A stretch of DNA of 64,000 bases from Cytophagales bacterium Ga0077538 (GCA_001464155.1 LNEN01000305.1:28297-92296); one strand, 5' to 3'; shown: positions 29,745 to 38,363, counted from the first letter of the stretch. The notes: generated from the letters alone by a model not told the origin. Made by a program: numbers and translations.

Positions 29745-30218
29745 TTATTCCCTATCAGTTTCCCAAAGAGTTTCTTCAATATTTGCATGCCAAACGCCAT
29801 AACCATAACGCTTTTTAGTTAATCGCTTCATTAATTGGCCAGTACGATTAAACAAATGTTGGAATACAAATGTTGATTCTTTAACAGAACGACCTTCTTT
29901 AGTTTTATAGTTAGGATTATAGTTATATAATGCAACTACAACTTCAGTGCGTAAATGCTGTCTAATATCATTTAGAGATAAACCTGTATTGCCAAGCGCA
30001 TTGTCGCCCATACCTTTTTTAGTATTGGCTTCATTCCAGTTTTTAGCAACATTATCTCTAATGTATTTTTCAACCATTGGCTCATACTTAAGAACATCTT
30101 CATTGGTAAGAGTTCTATTGTATTTATTAAAGTTTTTCTTTAAAGGGGTTGGCTCTTCAATGTCAATATCGATTTCTAAATCAAGAAGTTGCTCATCAGT
30201 TTCATCGTTTTTCATCAT
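29745..30218 (-). CDS. Stand-alone sigma region 2-like protein
   Basis: KYEPMV...DIRQ......ALYNYNP...KESTFVFQHL.N pattern. Confidence 0.5.
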   Translation of the reverse strand: MMKNDETDEQLLDLEIDIDIEEPTPLKKNFNKYNRTLTNEDVLKYEPMVEKYIRDNVAKNWNEANTKKGMGDNALGNTGLSLNDIRQHLRTEVVVALYNYNPNYKTKEGRSVKESTFVFQHLFNRTGQLMKRLTKKRYGYGVWHANIEETLWETDRE

Positions 30219-30699
30219 ATTTCTCCATCATTGCTTCCAATAATGCAATTGCATTATTGATATGTTCAGTATTAGTCGCCTTCATATCGCTATCAGAAAA
30301 AGACCGCATATATTTATACATCATAATCAGAGCATTGTCGAAATGAGTTGTTTCTGGTAGATCTCTGTAATACCATCTATAAATTTTAGATTGTCTCGGG
30401 TTTCGCATTTCTAAGTTTCTCTCTAAGAAAGTGCACATAGACCTGCGAACCTCGCTCATAGCCCTAACTGCTATATCGTGTTGATTTAAAGAAAATTCAC
30501 CATCTTTAGAATCGAAACGCTCATTGTAGTGGCCACAAACCAATTCAGATAAGTAATTACCTTCTTCTGGTTGCGGTCTATAAATATGTACAGGCTCTGA
30601 TAGGTTAGCAGATATTGTACTGCCACCGCGCTCAAATGTCAACCGAAAAACAGGACGTGAAACTTTAAATGTTTCTACTATATCTATAATTTGTTTCAC
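30202..30699 (-). CDS. Hypothetical protein
   Basis: Coupled ORF. Confidence 0.55.
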   Translation of the reverse strand: MKQIIDIVETFKVSRPVFRLTFERGGSTISANLSEPVHIYRPQPEEGNYLSELVCGHYNERFDSKDGEFSLNQHDIAVRAMSEVRRSMCTFLERNLEMRNPRQSKIYRWYYRDLPETTHFDNALIMMYKYMRSFSDSDMKATNTEHINNAIALLEAMMEKYDEKR

Positions 30700-31406
30700 T
30701 TTACTTCCTCCATTGAATAGATGGGTTGATCTTTATGGGTCATAACTTTAAGTCTACAAAAGTTACTTAATGCGGCTAAATTACCATTGCAAACATAATC
30801 CTTAATCCAATGGCCAACTTTATTTGCTAGCTCTGTATCTTTAATTTTCCACTCATTATTTTTAAATAGAGTAATAAGTCTTTGCTTAATAGTTGCACGT
30901 TTTCTACGCTCAGATCGAGTACGTAGACCTGACTCGCACTTTGTGAGTAATTCCATGATTTCATTTGCACGACTTAGACCAGCACCACTAAAGTACATAG
31001 AGCCAATAGCCTCAATACCTTGACGACCAAGCATTCCTTCAAGGACCTTTTCATCCATGGTGTATTGAGTTTTAACAAACTTAATTTGACCTGATATAGT
31101 TTTCTTTTCAAAGTCAAGAATAATGTTATCATCCATTTGGAACTCAAAGCATGGCTTTAAAGCATCTCTTTGCTCCCAGCTAAGATGTTGAATAACACAA
31201 TACTTATTAACACTCCAATTTAAGCATCGATCAACAGATAGATCCATGCTATAAGAATCACCAACGATCTGTTTGTATAGATCAAAATCGATAATAGTTT
31301 CATCAGGGATGGATGCTAATACTTCATTTAATTGTGAGTCAATTGGCTCAGTGGCCTGAGAGATCCAATCTAACTCTTCGAATTTTTTGTCTGCAAATAC
31401 ACTCAT
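30696..31406 (-). CDS. Hypothetical protein
   Basis: ORF with SD AGGAG. Confidence 0.6.
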   Translation of the reverse strand: MSVFADKKFEELDWISQATEPIDSQLNEVLASIPDETIIDFDLYKQIVGDSYSMDLSVDRCLNWSVNKYCVIQHLSWEQRDALKPCFEFQMDDNIILDFEKKTISGQIKFVKTQYTMDEKVLEGMLGRQGIEAIGSMYFSGAGLSRANEIMELLTKCESGLRTRSERRKRATIKQRLITLFKNNEWKIKDTELANKVGHWIKDYVCNGNLAALSNFCRLKVMTHKDQPIYSMEEVK

Positions 31407-31444
31407 AAATGTCTCCTACAAAAAAATATTGAATCGGATTGAGA

Positions 31445-31732
31445 CTATTTAGTTGGGACTGAAAAGCCAGCGGCTTCTGCATCTTTAATAGAAAGATCAC
31501 CGCGTTTTTCGTCTAGTCGACGAGTTCGAACATAGGAGATATGTTCAAAGTGTACAAATTTTCCATCGGGAACAACAATTTTATAAACTGTGCCCTCTTC
31601 ATCTTGGAACATGCCATTGATGCCAATCTCTTTAGAGACTTCTTCAACGCTTGCGCTTAGCTCCTCGAAGTACTTTTTGATTTGTTCTTTTTGTTTTTCT
31701 AGGCTTACGAACTTCTTTTGTGCTAATGTCAT
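31445..31732 (-). CDS. Hypothetical protein
   Basis: ORF with SD GGAGGAG. Confidence 0.6.
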   Translation of the reverse strand: MTLAQKKFVSLEKQKEQIKKYFEELSASVEEVSKEIGINGMFQDEEGTVYKIVVPDGKFVHFEHISYVRTRRLDEKRGDLSIKDAEAAGFSVPTK

Positions 31733-32150
31733 AATCTAACTCCTCCAAATCTTTATATTGTTGGTCATCTACTTTGAGCCCTTCAAGATCAACACCAGAA
31801 AGCATTTTCTCTAATGCGGTATCTAGATATAATTGATCTGGCATTTGCTCACGGATTTGTTGGATCAGATTTTTAAATATTAAGTGTGCCCTAGTTGCAC
31901 TACGAATAAGAACAGTACATTCTTTAATTTCATCGCCACGGTTACCGCTACTAGAGCCAAAGCCACTATTAGCAGAAGAAGATTGAGAAGCCTCAGGAGT
32001 GTAAATTACTGTGATTTGATAATAGCGATCTAATCGCGTATAAGTTCTTCCATTTTTACCATGGTAGTCCAAATGCTGAAGCTGTTCATCCATGATGACA
32101 TGGTGAATTTTTTGCGCTAAAATATATTGATTTTGAGTAACTATTACCAT
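31644..32150 (-). CDS. Hypothetical protein
   Basis: ORF with SD AGGAG. Confidence 0.55.
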   Translation of the reverse strand: MVIVTQNQYILAQKIHHVIMDEQLQHLDYHGKNGRTYTRLDRYYQITVIYTPEASQSSSANSGFGSSSGNRGDEIKECTVLIRSATRAHLIFKNLIQQIREQMPDQLYLDTALEKMLSGVDLEGLKVDDQQYKDLEELDYDISTKEVRKPRKTKRTNQKVLRGAKRKR

Positions 32151-32159
32151 GTAAACTCC

Positions 32160-32672
32160 TTAATGAGTAGTATTCCCGCCGTCATCTTTTCCACCCCTAA
32201 CTACAGTAAACTTTCCAAGTCTTTCTGTTTTAGGTTTTTCTTCAGCTTTTTTAGGAGTCATCTTAATTCCCATATAAGCCATATATTCTGATAACTTCAT
32301 TTGACTTACTACACCAGATGCATCCATAGTAGTAAGCTCAGGATCATGGCCATCTTCTAAGATAGAGATAAGTAATTCATTCTTTTCTTCATCCAATCTT
32401 TTAATCTGTCCAATAATGCCGTTTTTATATTTACCATCTAGACCATTCTTTTGAGGTCCATCAGCCTGTTGAGCTAATTCAAGTTGCTCTGTAGTGATGT
32501 CTTTAACACGCTTCATTCTATCTGAGACAGATGATTTTTTGGGCCCTGCTGTTTGCTCAAGCTTACGCTTTTTAAGCGCTCTAGCACCTATATAAAGAGT
32601 TAAGGCAATAGTTCCAATTACTCCACTCATGACACCTGAAATATAAATAAGTAATATGCTAATTGTTTCCAC
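32160..32672 (-). CDS. Membrane-anchored hypothetical protein
   Basis: N-terminal TM helix. Confidence 0.55.
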   Translation of the reverse strand: METISILLIYISGVMSGVIGTIALTLYIGARALKKRKLEQTAGPKKSSVSDRMKRVKDITTEQLELAQQADGPQKNGLDGKYKNGIIGQIKRLDEEKNELLISILEDGHDPELTTMDASGVVSQMKLSEYMAYMGIKMTPKKAEEKPKTERLGKFTVVRGGKDDGGNTTH

Positions 32673-33160
32673 TATCTTTGTCTCCCTCTTAACTTAAGAA
32701 ATTTTCTATGCTTATCAAGCACCAACATTCTTCTCATTGGTTGCATTTGGTCGGTATACAACTTGCCATCTAAGTGATCGATTTCATGTTGAATTGCCAC
32801 AGCCTCTATTCCTTTATACTCGATCTCAATTTCATTGAAGTTTTCATCTCGATACTTAACTTTAATAGTTTGAGCTCTTTGTGTTGTTCCAGATGTACCA
32901 GGAATAGATAAACAACCTTCTTCAAAGGGTTTAAGAGGGCCAATTTCTATTATTTCTGGGTTGATAATTAACTTGCCATCTTTCATTAGAAAGAATCGCT
33001 TAATCACGCCAACTTGATTAGCAGCCAATGCTGCTCCATCTTCTTGATTAAGAATCTTAGTCATCTCTGGTATTAAAGACTTAATATAATCCAACTCATC
33101 CTGAGTAACAGGAGGACAAACTTCTCGCAAAGCTGGATCATTCATTAAAAGTAGCTTCAT
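32672..33160 (-). CDS. def: Peptide deformylase
   Basis: GAALAANQVG, EGCLS, QHEIDHLDG. Confidence 0.95.
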   Translation of the reverse strand: MKLLLMNDPALREVCPPVTQDELDYIKSLIPEMTKILNQEDGAALAANQVGVIKRFFLMKDGKLIINPEIIEIGPLKPFEEGCLSIPGTSGTTQRAQTIKVKYRDENFNEIEIEYKGIEAVAIQHEIDHLDGKLYTDQMQPMRRMLVLDKHRKFLKLRGRQR

Positions 33161-33411
33161 TAGTACCTGTAAACTATCATGCGCTTCTTATTAAAAGATC
33201 GATAGTCAAGTGAGTTAAAGAACTTCATACCGTCAACTACCATTGTGCGTTTCTCTTCGGTTTGATTATTTACATGAACAAGAACTAATTCTTTAATGTT
33301 CATCACGAAATGCATGGCATCTATACTTTTAAAGTCATAGAAAGACATACTCTTGTTGTCGAAGTTTTTTTCACTAGTGCGCGACTCTAATACTAATGTT
33401 GTTCTAATCAT
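33160..33411 (-). CDS. Hypothetical protein
   Basis: Start reassigned because the longer track ORF overlaps tRNAs. Confidence 0.5.
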   Translation of the reverse strand: MIRTTLVLESRTSEKNFDNKSMSFYDFKSIDAMHFVMNIKELVLVHVNNQTEEKRTMVVDGMKFFNSLDYRSFNKKRMIVYRY

Positions 33412-33412
33412 A

Positions 33413-33577
33413 TTACACCTGCACGAAATCGTAATCAGAGGCAATCTCTTTACCGTCTTCAAGAAGAGTAACGGTAACCGTGATTCGGCCTTTTTCAGAC
33501 TTATCAAGTTTAACTTTGATATCAAGACCTTTTTTCTTTTTAGATTCTTCAGATTTAATAGCTTTTGCTTTTGCCAT
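33413..33577 (-). CDS. Small basic protein (54 aa, MAKAKAIKSEES...), not in ORF track
   Basis: SD AGGAG, ATG 33577, TAA 33413. Confidence 0.6.
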   Translation of the reverse strand: MAKAKAIKSEESKKKKGLDIKVKLDKSEKGRITVTVTLLEDGKEIASDYDFVQV

Positions 33578-33607
33578 AATATCTCCTGTGAAATCTTTAT
33601 ACTAAAA

Positions 33608-33682
33608 TGGCACACCACCCTGGATTCGAACCAGGACTTCAAGGTTTTGGAGGCCCGACGACAGCCGTTGTCTTTGTGGTGC
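33608..33682 (-). tRNA. tRNA-Trp(CCA)
   Basis: Cloverleaf, GGTTCGAATCC, encoded CCA; imperfect anticodon stem. Confidence 0.8.
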
Positions 33683-33695
33683 ATAAGAAAAAAGA

Positions 33696-33773
33696 TGGCG
33701 GTGCTGGTGGGATTCGAACCCACGATCTCCTGCTCGACAGGCAGGCGCTTTAGACCAACTAAGCTACAACACC
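33696..33773 (-). tRNA. tRNA-Asp(GTC)
   Basis: Canonical cloverleaf plus CCA. Confidence 0.95.
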
Positions 33774-33775
33774 AT

Positions 33776-33851
33776 TGGGGTGGATGACGGGAATCAAACC
33801 CAGTACCTGCGCTTTCACAGAGCGCCGTGCAATCACTACACTACAAACACC
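33776..33851 (-). tRNA. tRNA-His(GTG)
   Basis: G-1, C73, anticodon GTG; T-loop TTTGATT. Confidence 0.85.
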
Positions 33852-33863
33852 ATAAATAAAAAC

Positions 33864-33938
33864 TGGAGCCGCTACTCAGACTTGCGCTGAGCTTCCCGCA
33901 TTACAAGTGCGGTGTGTCGCTATCTACACTTTAGCGGC
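33864..33938 (-). tRNA. tRNA-Thr(TGT)
   Basis: Cloverleaf; atypical T-loop CGCAAGT. Confidence 0.85.
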
Positions 33939-33939
33939 A

Positions 33940-34014
33940 TGGTACAGAGACAAGGAATTAAACCCTGATTTCTTCGTTCGTAGCGAAGTGTCCTATTCGT
34001 TAGACGATCCCTGC
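33940..34014 (-). tRNA. tRNA-Arg(ACG)
   Basis: Cloverleaf; T-loop TTTAATT; 5' end overlapped by HNH ORF. Confidence 0.8.
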
Positions 34015-34436
34015 ATTAATTTTAACTTATACCAGTTAAAATCTTGTGCTGTTTTTCTTTTGTGACAATTTGCGCACAGCACGTCGCATTTTGTCATTTC
34101 ATGTTTAATTTTCTCTAAAGAGTATCCATTATTAATTCCTGTTGCAATATGAAATTCTTTATCACCTCTATGATCAAACTCTAAAACAATTGGATCACTT
34201 TCGCCACATTTAATACATGGATTTGCCAATAAATAGTTAAATACAAATTCTTTAAGTTTTTCTTTTCTTAATTTGCAGCGCTCCCATTTCTTAGCATTAA
34301 ATTGCTCTTTATTCCTTTCTCGTCTTTGTTTTTGATCTAAAGATTTACATGCTTTACAATTAGCTTGTAATATTTTTCCACGTTTATGAAACTCATTGCT
34401 TTCTTTTTCTATTAAACATTTAGTGCATTTCTTCAT
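33993..34436 (-). CDS. HNH endonuclease (free-standing, homing-type)
   Basis: CxxC pairs, FDH, LCANCH. Confidence 0.85.
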   Translation of the reverse strand: MKKCTKCLIEKESNEFHKRGKILQANCKACKSLDQKQRRERNKEQFNAKKWERCKLRKEKLKEFVFNYLLANPCIKCGESDPIVLEFDHRGDKEFHIATGINNGYSLEKIKHEMTKCDVLCANCHKRKTAQDFNWYKLKLMQGSSNE

Positions 34437-34450
34437 ATTAAACTTATACT

Positions 34451-34524
34451 TGGTATTGAATAATGGAGTCGAACCATTTCCTTCTGCTTATGAGACAGAT
34501 GTTCTACCGTTAAACCAATTCAAT
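34451..34524 (-). tRNA. tRNA-Met(CAT) (elongator or Ile2)
   Basis: Cloverleaf plus CCA, paired 1-72. Confidence 0.85.
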
Positions 34525-34532
34525 TCTAAATT

Positions 34533-34606
34533 TGGTACGCGATGCTGGTACTGCCCCAACGTCACTCGCCTATCAAGCGAGCGCTCTGCTATTGAGCTAA
34601 TCGCGC
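34533..34606 (-). tRNA. tRNA-Ile(GAT)
   Basis: Cloverleaf; atypical T-loop GGCAGTA. Confidence 0.85.
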
Positions 34607-34941
34607 ATATACTTAAACAATATCTCCTTATATTCTGCAAAGTCTGATTTGGATTCTGCAGGACAATTTTCTATTAGTTTATTCAAGACGGACACTGCTT
34701 CGCTTTTTGATTTCACAACCGCTACTTTTTGAAAGTTCAAGAAGATATGGATGGCGTCACTTGCGACTTGATAACCTCTATGGTTATTGCCCACTTCCCA
34801 TGCATCTAATATCTGCATGATCCCATACTTCTGAAAGTCCACTACTGTCGTTGTGTTCTTAAAGTCGTTAATTATTCCTATCCTGTAACGAACTACAGAA
34901 TTGTCAATCTTCTCCTTTTGATTGTAAAACTTCTTTTTCAA
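34597..34941 (-). CDS. Hypothetical protein
   Basis: ORF between tRNAs. Confidence 0.5.
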   Translation of the reverse strand: MKKKFYNQKEKIDNSVVRYRIGIINDFKNTTTVVDFQKYGIMQILDAWEVGNNHRGYQVASDAIHIFLNFQKVAVVKSKSEAVSVLNKLIENCPAESKSDFAEYKEILFKYMRD

Positions 34942-35110
34942 AATCTCTCATAGTCTTTTCCTCTAATTCTTTATATCTTTCTTTTCTAAACTCTTCAAAA
35001 TCACTTGAATCGTAACTATATTCATCGCATGAGCATCCACAGCAAGGACAGCAATGGCAAGATGTGCGCTCTTCCCACTCTTCTTTTATTTTGTTTTCAA
35101 ACCATTCCAT
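34904..35110 (-). CDS. Small Cys-cluster protein (CHCCPCCGCSC)
   Basis: SD GAGG; acidic and Cys-rich. Confidence 0.55.
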   Translation of the reverse strand: MEWFENKIKEEWEERTSCHCCPCCGCSCDEYSYDSSDFEEFRKERYKELEEKTMRDFEKEVLQSKGED

Positions 35111-35125
35111 AACTTCCTCTAAACT

Positions 35126-35201
35126 TGGTGCCCCAGGAGAGATTCGAACTCTCAAAACCTGGTTTCTAAGACCAGTATGTATACCGTTCCATCACCAGGG
35201 C
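35126..35201 (-). tRNA. tRNA-Leu(TAG), short variable region
   Basis: Cloverleaf plus CCA, 76 nt. Confidence 0.9.
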
Positions 35202-35216
35202 ATATTATATTAAAAG

Positions 35217-35293
35217 TGGTCAGGGCCGCAGGACTTGCACCTGCATCTTCTCGGTTCCAAACCGAGTCCGCACCTATTTCCGGACAGACCCTG
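35217..35293 (-). tRNA. tRNA-Pro(TGG)
   Basis: C1-G72, A73; T-loop TGCAAGT. Confidence 0.85.
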
Positions 35294-35311
35294 ATATTAC
35301 TAACAAAAACT

Positions 35312-35386
35312 TGGAGCGCGATGAGGAACTCGAATCCTCTTCTCATGCTTGGAAGGCACGCAAATCACCATATATTCTTATCGCGC
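35312..35386 (-). tRNA. tRNA-Gly(TCC)
   Basis: Cloverleaf, U73, CCA. Confidence 0.9.
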
Positions 35387-35399
35387 ATACATTAAAACT

Positions 35400-35474
35400 T
35401 GGATAGGGATACAGGATTTGCACCTGTGTCATGAGGGTCAAAGCCTCAGGTCCTAACTACTAGACGAATCCCCA
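35400..35474 (-). tRNA. tRNA-Gln(TTG)
   Basis: U1-A72; T-loop TGCAAAT. Confidence 0.85.
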
Positions 35475-35478
35475 ACAT

Positions 35479-35808
35479 TTAATTACTCAACACATCCTCT
35501 TCAAATATGAAGTCTACTAAAAACTTTGTTAAGTCTTGTTGTAATTCTCCATAGTTATATTTACGTAACTTTAAAACCTCTAAATTTGTTTCTTCAGGCT
35601 TCCATTGATCTTCTAATCCATAACAAGAACAATGTGATCCATTTACTTCATACAACTTTCCATCTTTAGAGAAAATAACCATAGCATAACCTTCATACGA
35701 TTCATTCTCGTATGCGGCAAATAAAATGCGAACATCTTCAAGATCTGCATCAGATATGTTGAAGTTAGACATTAAATCTTCTCTATTTGTAAAGTTACCT
35801 AAGTACAT
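35479..35808 (-). CDS. Conserved-looking phage hypothetical protein
   Basis: YEG.A...F..DGKLYEV.GSHCSCYGLE.QW.PE motif. Confidence 0.7.
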   Translation of the reverse strand: MYLGNFTNREDLMSNFNISDADLEDVRILFAAYENESYEGYAMVIFSKDGKLYEVNGSHCSCYGLEDQWKPEETNLEVLKLRKYNYGELQQDLTKFLVDFIFEEDVLSN

Positions 35809-35827
35809 AATTTCCCTCATGAAATTT

Positions 35828-35901
35828 TGGTGGACCAGCGGAGAATCGAACTCCGGACTCAAGCTTGCAAAGCTAGCGTTATCCCGCTTAACTACAGGCC
35901 C
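35828..35901 (-). tRNA. tRNA-Ala(TGC)
   Basis: G3-U70, cloverleaf plus CCA. Confidence 0.95.
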
Positions 35902-35937
35902 ATTTATTTAATTGTAATGATTTATAGCCAGTAAGAT

Positions 35938-36066
35938 TTAGAGCGTCGGCTGCGCTGTGCTAATATGTGACCACGTAGGATCAATACCGGCTGGACGCAT
36001 AGCGGCACTGCGATGTTGCATCGCTGTCTGTGTGCCTAGAATGAGGTTGCGTCCTAAAGATTTCAT
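35938..36066 (-). CDS. Leaderless 42-aa leader peptide of tRNA operon 1
   Basis: ATG 7 nt after TGTGG-TATACT; MKSLGRNLILG...QPTL. Confidence 0.55.
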   Translation of the reverse strand: MKSLGRNLILGTQTAMQHRSAAMRPAGIDPTWSHISTAQPTL

Positions 36067-36084
36067 TGATATTAGTATACCACA
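36067..36084 (-). promoter_or_regulatory. Extended -10 promoter of tRNA operon 1
   Basis: TGTGGTATACTAATATCA, near-identical to 38042-59 and 47801-18. Confidence 0.8.
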
Positions 36085-36092
36085 ATATTTTG

Positions 36093-36308
36093 TTAACTAA
36101 GAACTATTTTTTCAAATTCTTTATTTATTTTGTTAAAAGCTGCTCTTGCGCCCTTTTTGGCACCAGCTTCTGTCTTATATATTATCCCATTGTAAGAAAA
36201 CATCTTACCTTTTTCTATAACTAGCCAGCAGCTACCGTTACCGCCTGGGTATACATAAAACATGCTTTTCCAAGCATCATTCTCCACGTAATACCTTATC
36301 CATTTCAT
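36093..36308 (-). CDS. Small hypothetical protein
   Basis: ORF in operon; C-terminal FEKIVLS. Confidence 0.55.
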   Translation of the reverse strand: MKWIRYYVENDAWKSMFYVYPGGNGSCWLVIEKGKMFSYNGIIYKTEAGAKKGARAAFNKINKEFEKIVLS

Positions 36309-36525
36309 TTTCTAATTTCAGGCGATCTGCTTTATCTAAAAAATCTGCACATTGTTCTGCTAAATATTTTTGTTGATATTTACCAACAATCATCATATTA
36401 GATGTGTTAATAACATAAGTCAACTTCATATCGTATTCAATAAAGAAACCTACACCATTTTTAGGTACTGAAGGCTTTAACTCTGACCCATCTACAACCA
36501 TATATATTCCATACTTTTTAGCCAA
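36277..36525 (-). CDS. Small hypothetical protein
   Basis: ORF in operon. Confidence 0.5.
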   Translation of the reverse strand: MAKKYGIYMVVDGSELKPSVPKNGVGFFIEYDMKLTYVINTSNMMIVGKYQQKYLAEQCADFLDKADRLKLENEMDKVLRGE

Positions 36526-36751
36526 GCAAGCTTTTCTCCATCTCTTTCATGTAGGAGTTAAATAGTTTTGTTCTTGCTATTTTAGCTTGAACTAGATGTG
36601 AGTATCCATACTGTCTTGATTTTGGAAAATGCTTTTCACCTGTAGGTTTATATATCAAGCAATAAGATCTTGTTGTCCATGTTGAGCCATCTTCACGAGT
36701 ATGCACTCGCTCTTCTTGAATAATGTCAAACATGTCTTCAGGCCTTTGCAC
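36518..36751 (-). CDS. Small hypothetical protein
   Basis: ORF in operon. Confidence 0.5.
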   Translation of the reverse strand: MQRPEDMFDIIQEERVHTREDGSTWTTRSYCLIYKPTGEKHFPKSRQYGYSHLVQAKIARTKLFNSYMKEMEKSLLG

Positions 36752-37115
36752 GAATTAAATCCTTTAATCTAGGGATAACAAACCCAAAGCTCAATACAAG
36801 TCTTTCACCCTCAATAACCTCAGATACTTCATGGAGAACTTTATCTGGTCTAAAGAATTTTACTCTATCTGTATTAATGAAAGTGCCAGGTACTTTTGCA
36901 ACGCGGAATTCTCCACCTTCAATTGCTTTTTTAAGAATTATGTTTAATCTAAAATGACGACCCCATGTAACTTTATCTACATGAGCTTTGATTTCTGACC
37001 CAGTCGGAAACTTTAATAAGTAAAGATCAAATGGGAGTGGCAATATAAAAGTTGCTAATAACATTTTGGAATAATCTCCAGCTTGTCTACCTTCTTGCCA
37101 CTTTAACCATTTCAT
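36738..37115 (-). CDS. 2OG-Fe(II) oxygenase-like protein
   Basis: HVD...GGEF...H.V..V..GER..LS facial-triad pattern. Confidence 0.75.
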   Translation of the reverse strand: MKWLKWQEGRQAGDYSKMLLATFILPLPFDLYLLKFPTGSEIKAHVDKVTWGRHFRLNIILKKAIEGGEFRVAKVPGTFINTDRVKFFRPDKVLHEVSEVIEGERLVLSFGFVIPRLKDLIRAKA

Positions 37116-37477
37116 TTTAAAATCTCCTCATCAATGACTTCATCAAGAATTTTTCTTTTGATTTCTAAAGACTCTTGATCATAGTTGGCTTTAATCTTTT
37201 TAAATAAAGATATGATTTTTTCTACAACCATTATGTAAGCAAAACTACAAACTAAGAATGTTGCCAAAGCAATTATAAATCCAACTAATACTCTTCTAAT
37301 AAGAAAATCAAAAATAAAAGTAGATGAAAATGCTGGCATTGCGCTAGTTGCTGCAATAGAGACAGTTAAACATATAATGCCCATTAAAACAACTTGCCAA
37401 GGTATTTCTTTATTAATAGCTTTAAGTAGAGGAACTACTTTCTGACTCATTGTCAGTTTCACTGTGTTCGGATCCAA
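37112..37477 (-). CDS. Two-TM membrane protein
   Basis: Two hydrophobic segments. Confidence 0.55.
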   Translation of the reverse strand: MDPNTVKLTMSQKVVPLLKAINKEIPWQVVLMGIICLTVSIAATSAMPAFSSTFIFDFLIRRVLVGFIIALATFLVCSFAYIMVVEKIISLFKKIKANYDQESLEIKRKILDEVIDEEILK

Positions 37478-37703
37478 TCAAAACCTGCCTCTCAAACTCT
37501 TCATCGTAAAGTTTACGCCAATTGTGTTTTAAAAATTCTTTTGCTTCAATCCAGTATTCGAAGTTAGGTGTACCTTGAACTGGGTATGGACCATTTTTCA
37601 TAGAGATATAGTACTCGTTGCCTCTTCTTCTAATTATAAATAACTCAGACCAATCATTGGTAACCATTTGACTAGCCTTCTTAAACAATTCATTTCTATT
37701 CAA
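37422..37703 (-). CDS. Small hypothetical protein, similar to 37696-37887
   Basis: TPxFxxxxxAxxxLKxN...DExFE shared. Confidence 0.55.
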   Translation of the reverse strand: MNRNELFKKASQMVTNDWSELFIIRRRGNEYYISMKNGPYPVQGTPNFEYWIEAKEFLKHNWRKLYDEEFERQVLIGSEHSETDNESESSSST

Positions 37704-37887
37704 GTGCTATCTCCTCAAATTGCTCATCTATAATCCTTTGAGAATTATACTTGAGCCATTTTGTTGCCCCTTCATTGCTATAAAACACAGGCGTATCATA
37801 AAGAGGTTTATGAGATTCTTTCCAGTGAATAATATAGATTCCTGGGCTAGGGTGATAAACTATTTTAAAGAAATTTTGCCATTCCAT
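37696..37887 (-). CDS. Small hypothetical protein
   Basis: SD AAGGA; similar to downstream ORF. Confidence 0.55.
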   Translation of the reverse strand: MEWQNFFKIVYHPSPGIYIIHWKESHKPLYDTPVFYSNEGATKWLKYNSQRIIDEQFEEIALE

Positions 37888-38041
37888 AAGATCCTTTAAA
37901 AGACTAAGGGTTGTTATCACAACCCTTTGCATAAAGATAACCCGCTTCTTAGGTTCGAGTTACGTATCCGTGTAGCCTCACGGACGCTGGAACAAATAAA
38001 TAATAACATTTATTCATTATTTTGTTTTAAATTCAGAAAAG

Positions 38042-38059
38042 TGTGGTATACTAATCTCT
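38042..38059 (+). promoter_or_regulatory. Extended -10 promoter of tRNA operon 2
   Basis: TGTGGTATACTAATCTCT. Confidence 0.8.
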
Positions 38060-38146
38060 ATGAGAAACGTATCAGTATTCACATTTGAATCTAAGCAAGC
38101 CAAACGCTACGAGCGTATGGTGTGCGTTTCTGTCGTCGCTGTCTAA
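38060..38146 (+). CDS. Leaderless 28-aa Val-rich leader peptide of tRNA operon 2
   Basis: MRNVSVFTFESKQAKRYERMVCVSVVAV; ATG 7 nt after TATACT. Confidence 0.6.
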   Translation: MRNVSVFTFESKQAKRYERMVCVSVVAV

Positions 38147-38186
38147 GCGCACACCCTTAAAACACGCTCACAACTTAACAGCAATT

Positions 38187-38260
38187 GCCCCATTAGTTTA
38201 ATGGCAGAACAGACGTTTTACATGCGTCATGCAGTGGTTCGATTCCATTATGGGGTACCA
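38187..38260 (+). tRNA. tRNA-Val(TAC)
   Basis: Cloverleaf plus CCA. Confidence 0.9.
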
Positions 38261-38275
38261 AATAAGTTTATATAT

Positions 38276-38352
38276 TGGCGTGTGGTGTTTAATAGCAGCA
38301 TTTCTCCCTCTTAAGGAGTAGGGTCTCAGTGCAACTCTGAGTGCGCCAACCA
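38276..38352 (+). tRNA. tRNA-Lys(CTT)
   Basis: Cloverleaf; T-loop TGCAACT. Confidence 0.85.
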
Positions 38353-38363
38353 ATTTTAATTAG

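Noticed and set aside
33160..33723. Track ORFs running through tRNAs (33160-33723, 35152-35346, 35177-35395, 5' parts of 45920-46294 and 60251-60514)
   Set aside because: They overlap clear tRNA genes; starts were reassigned or ORFs dropped
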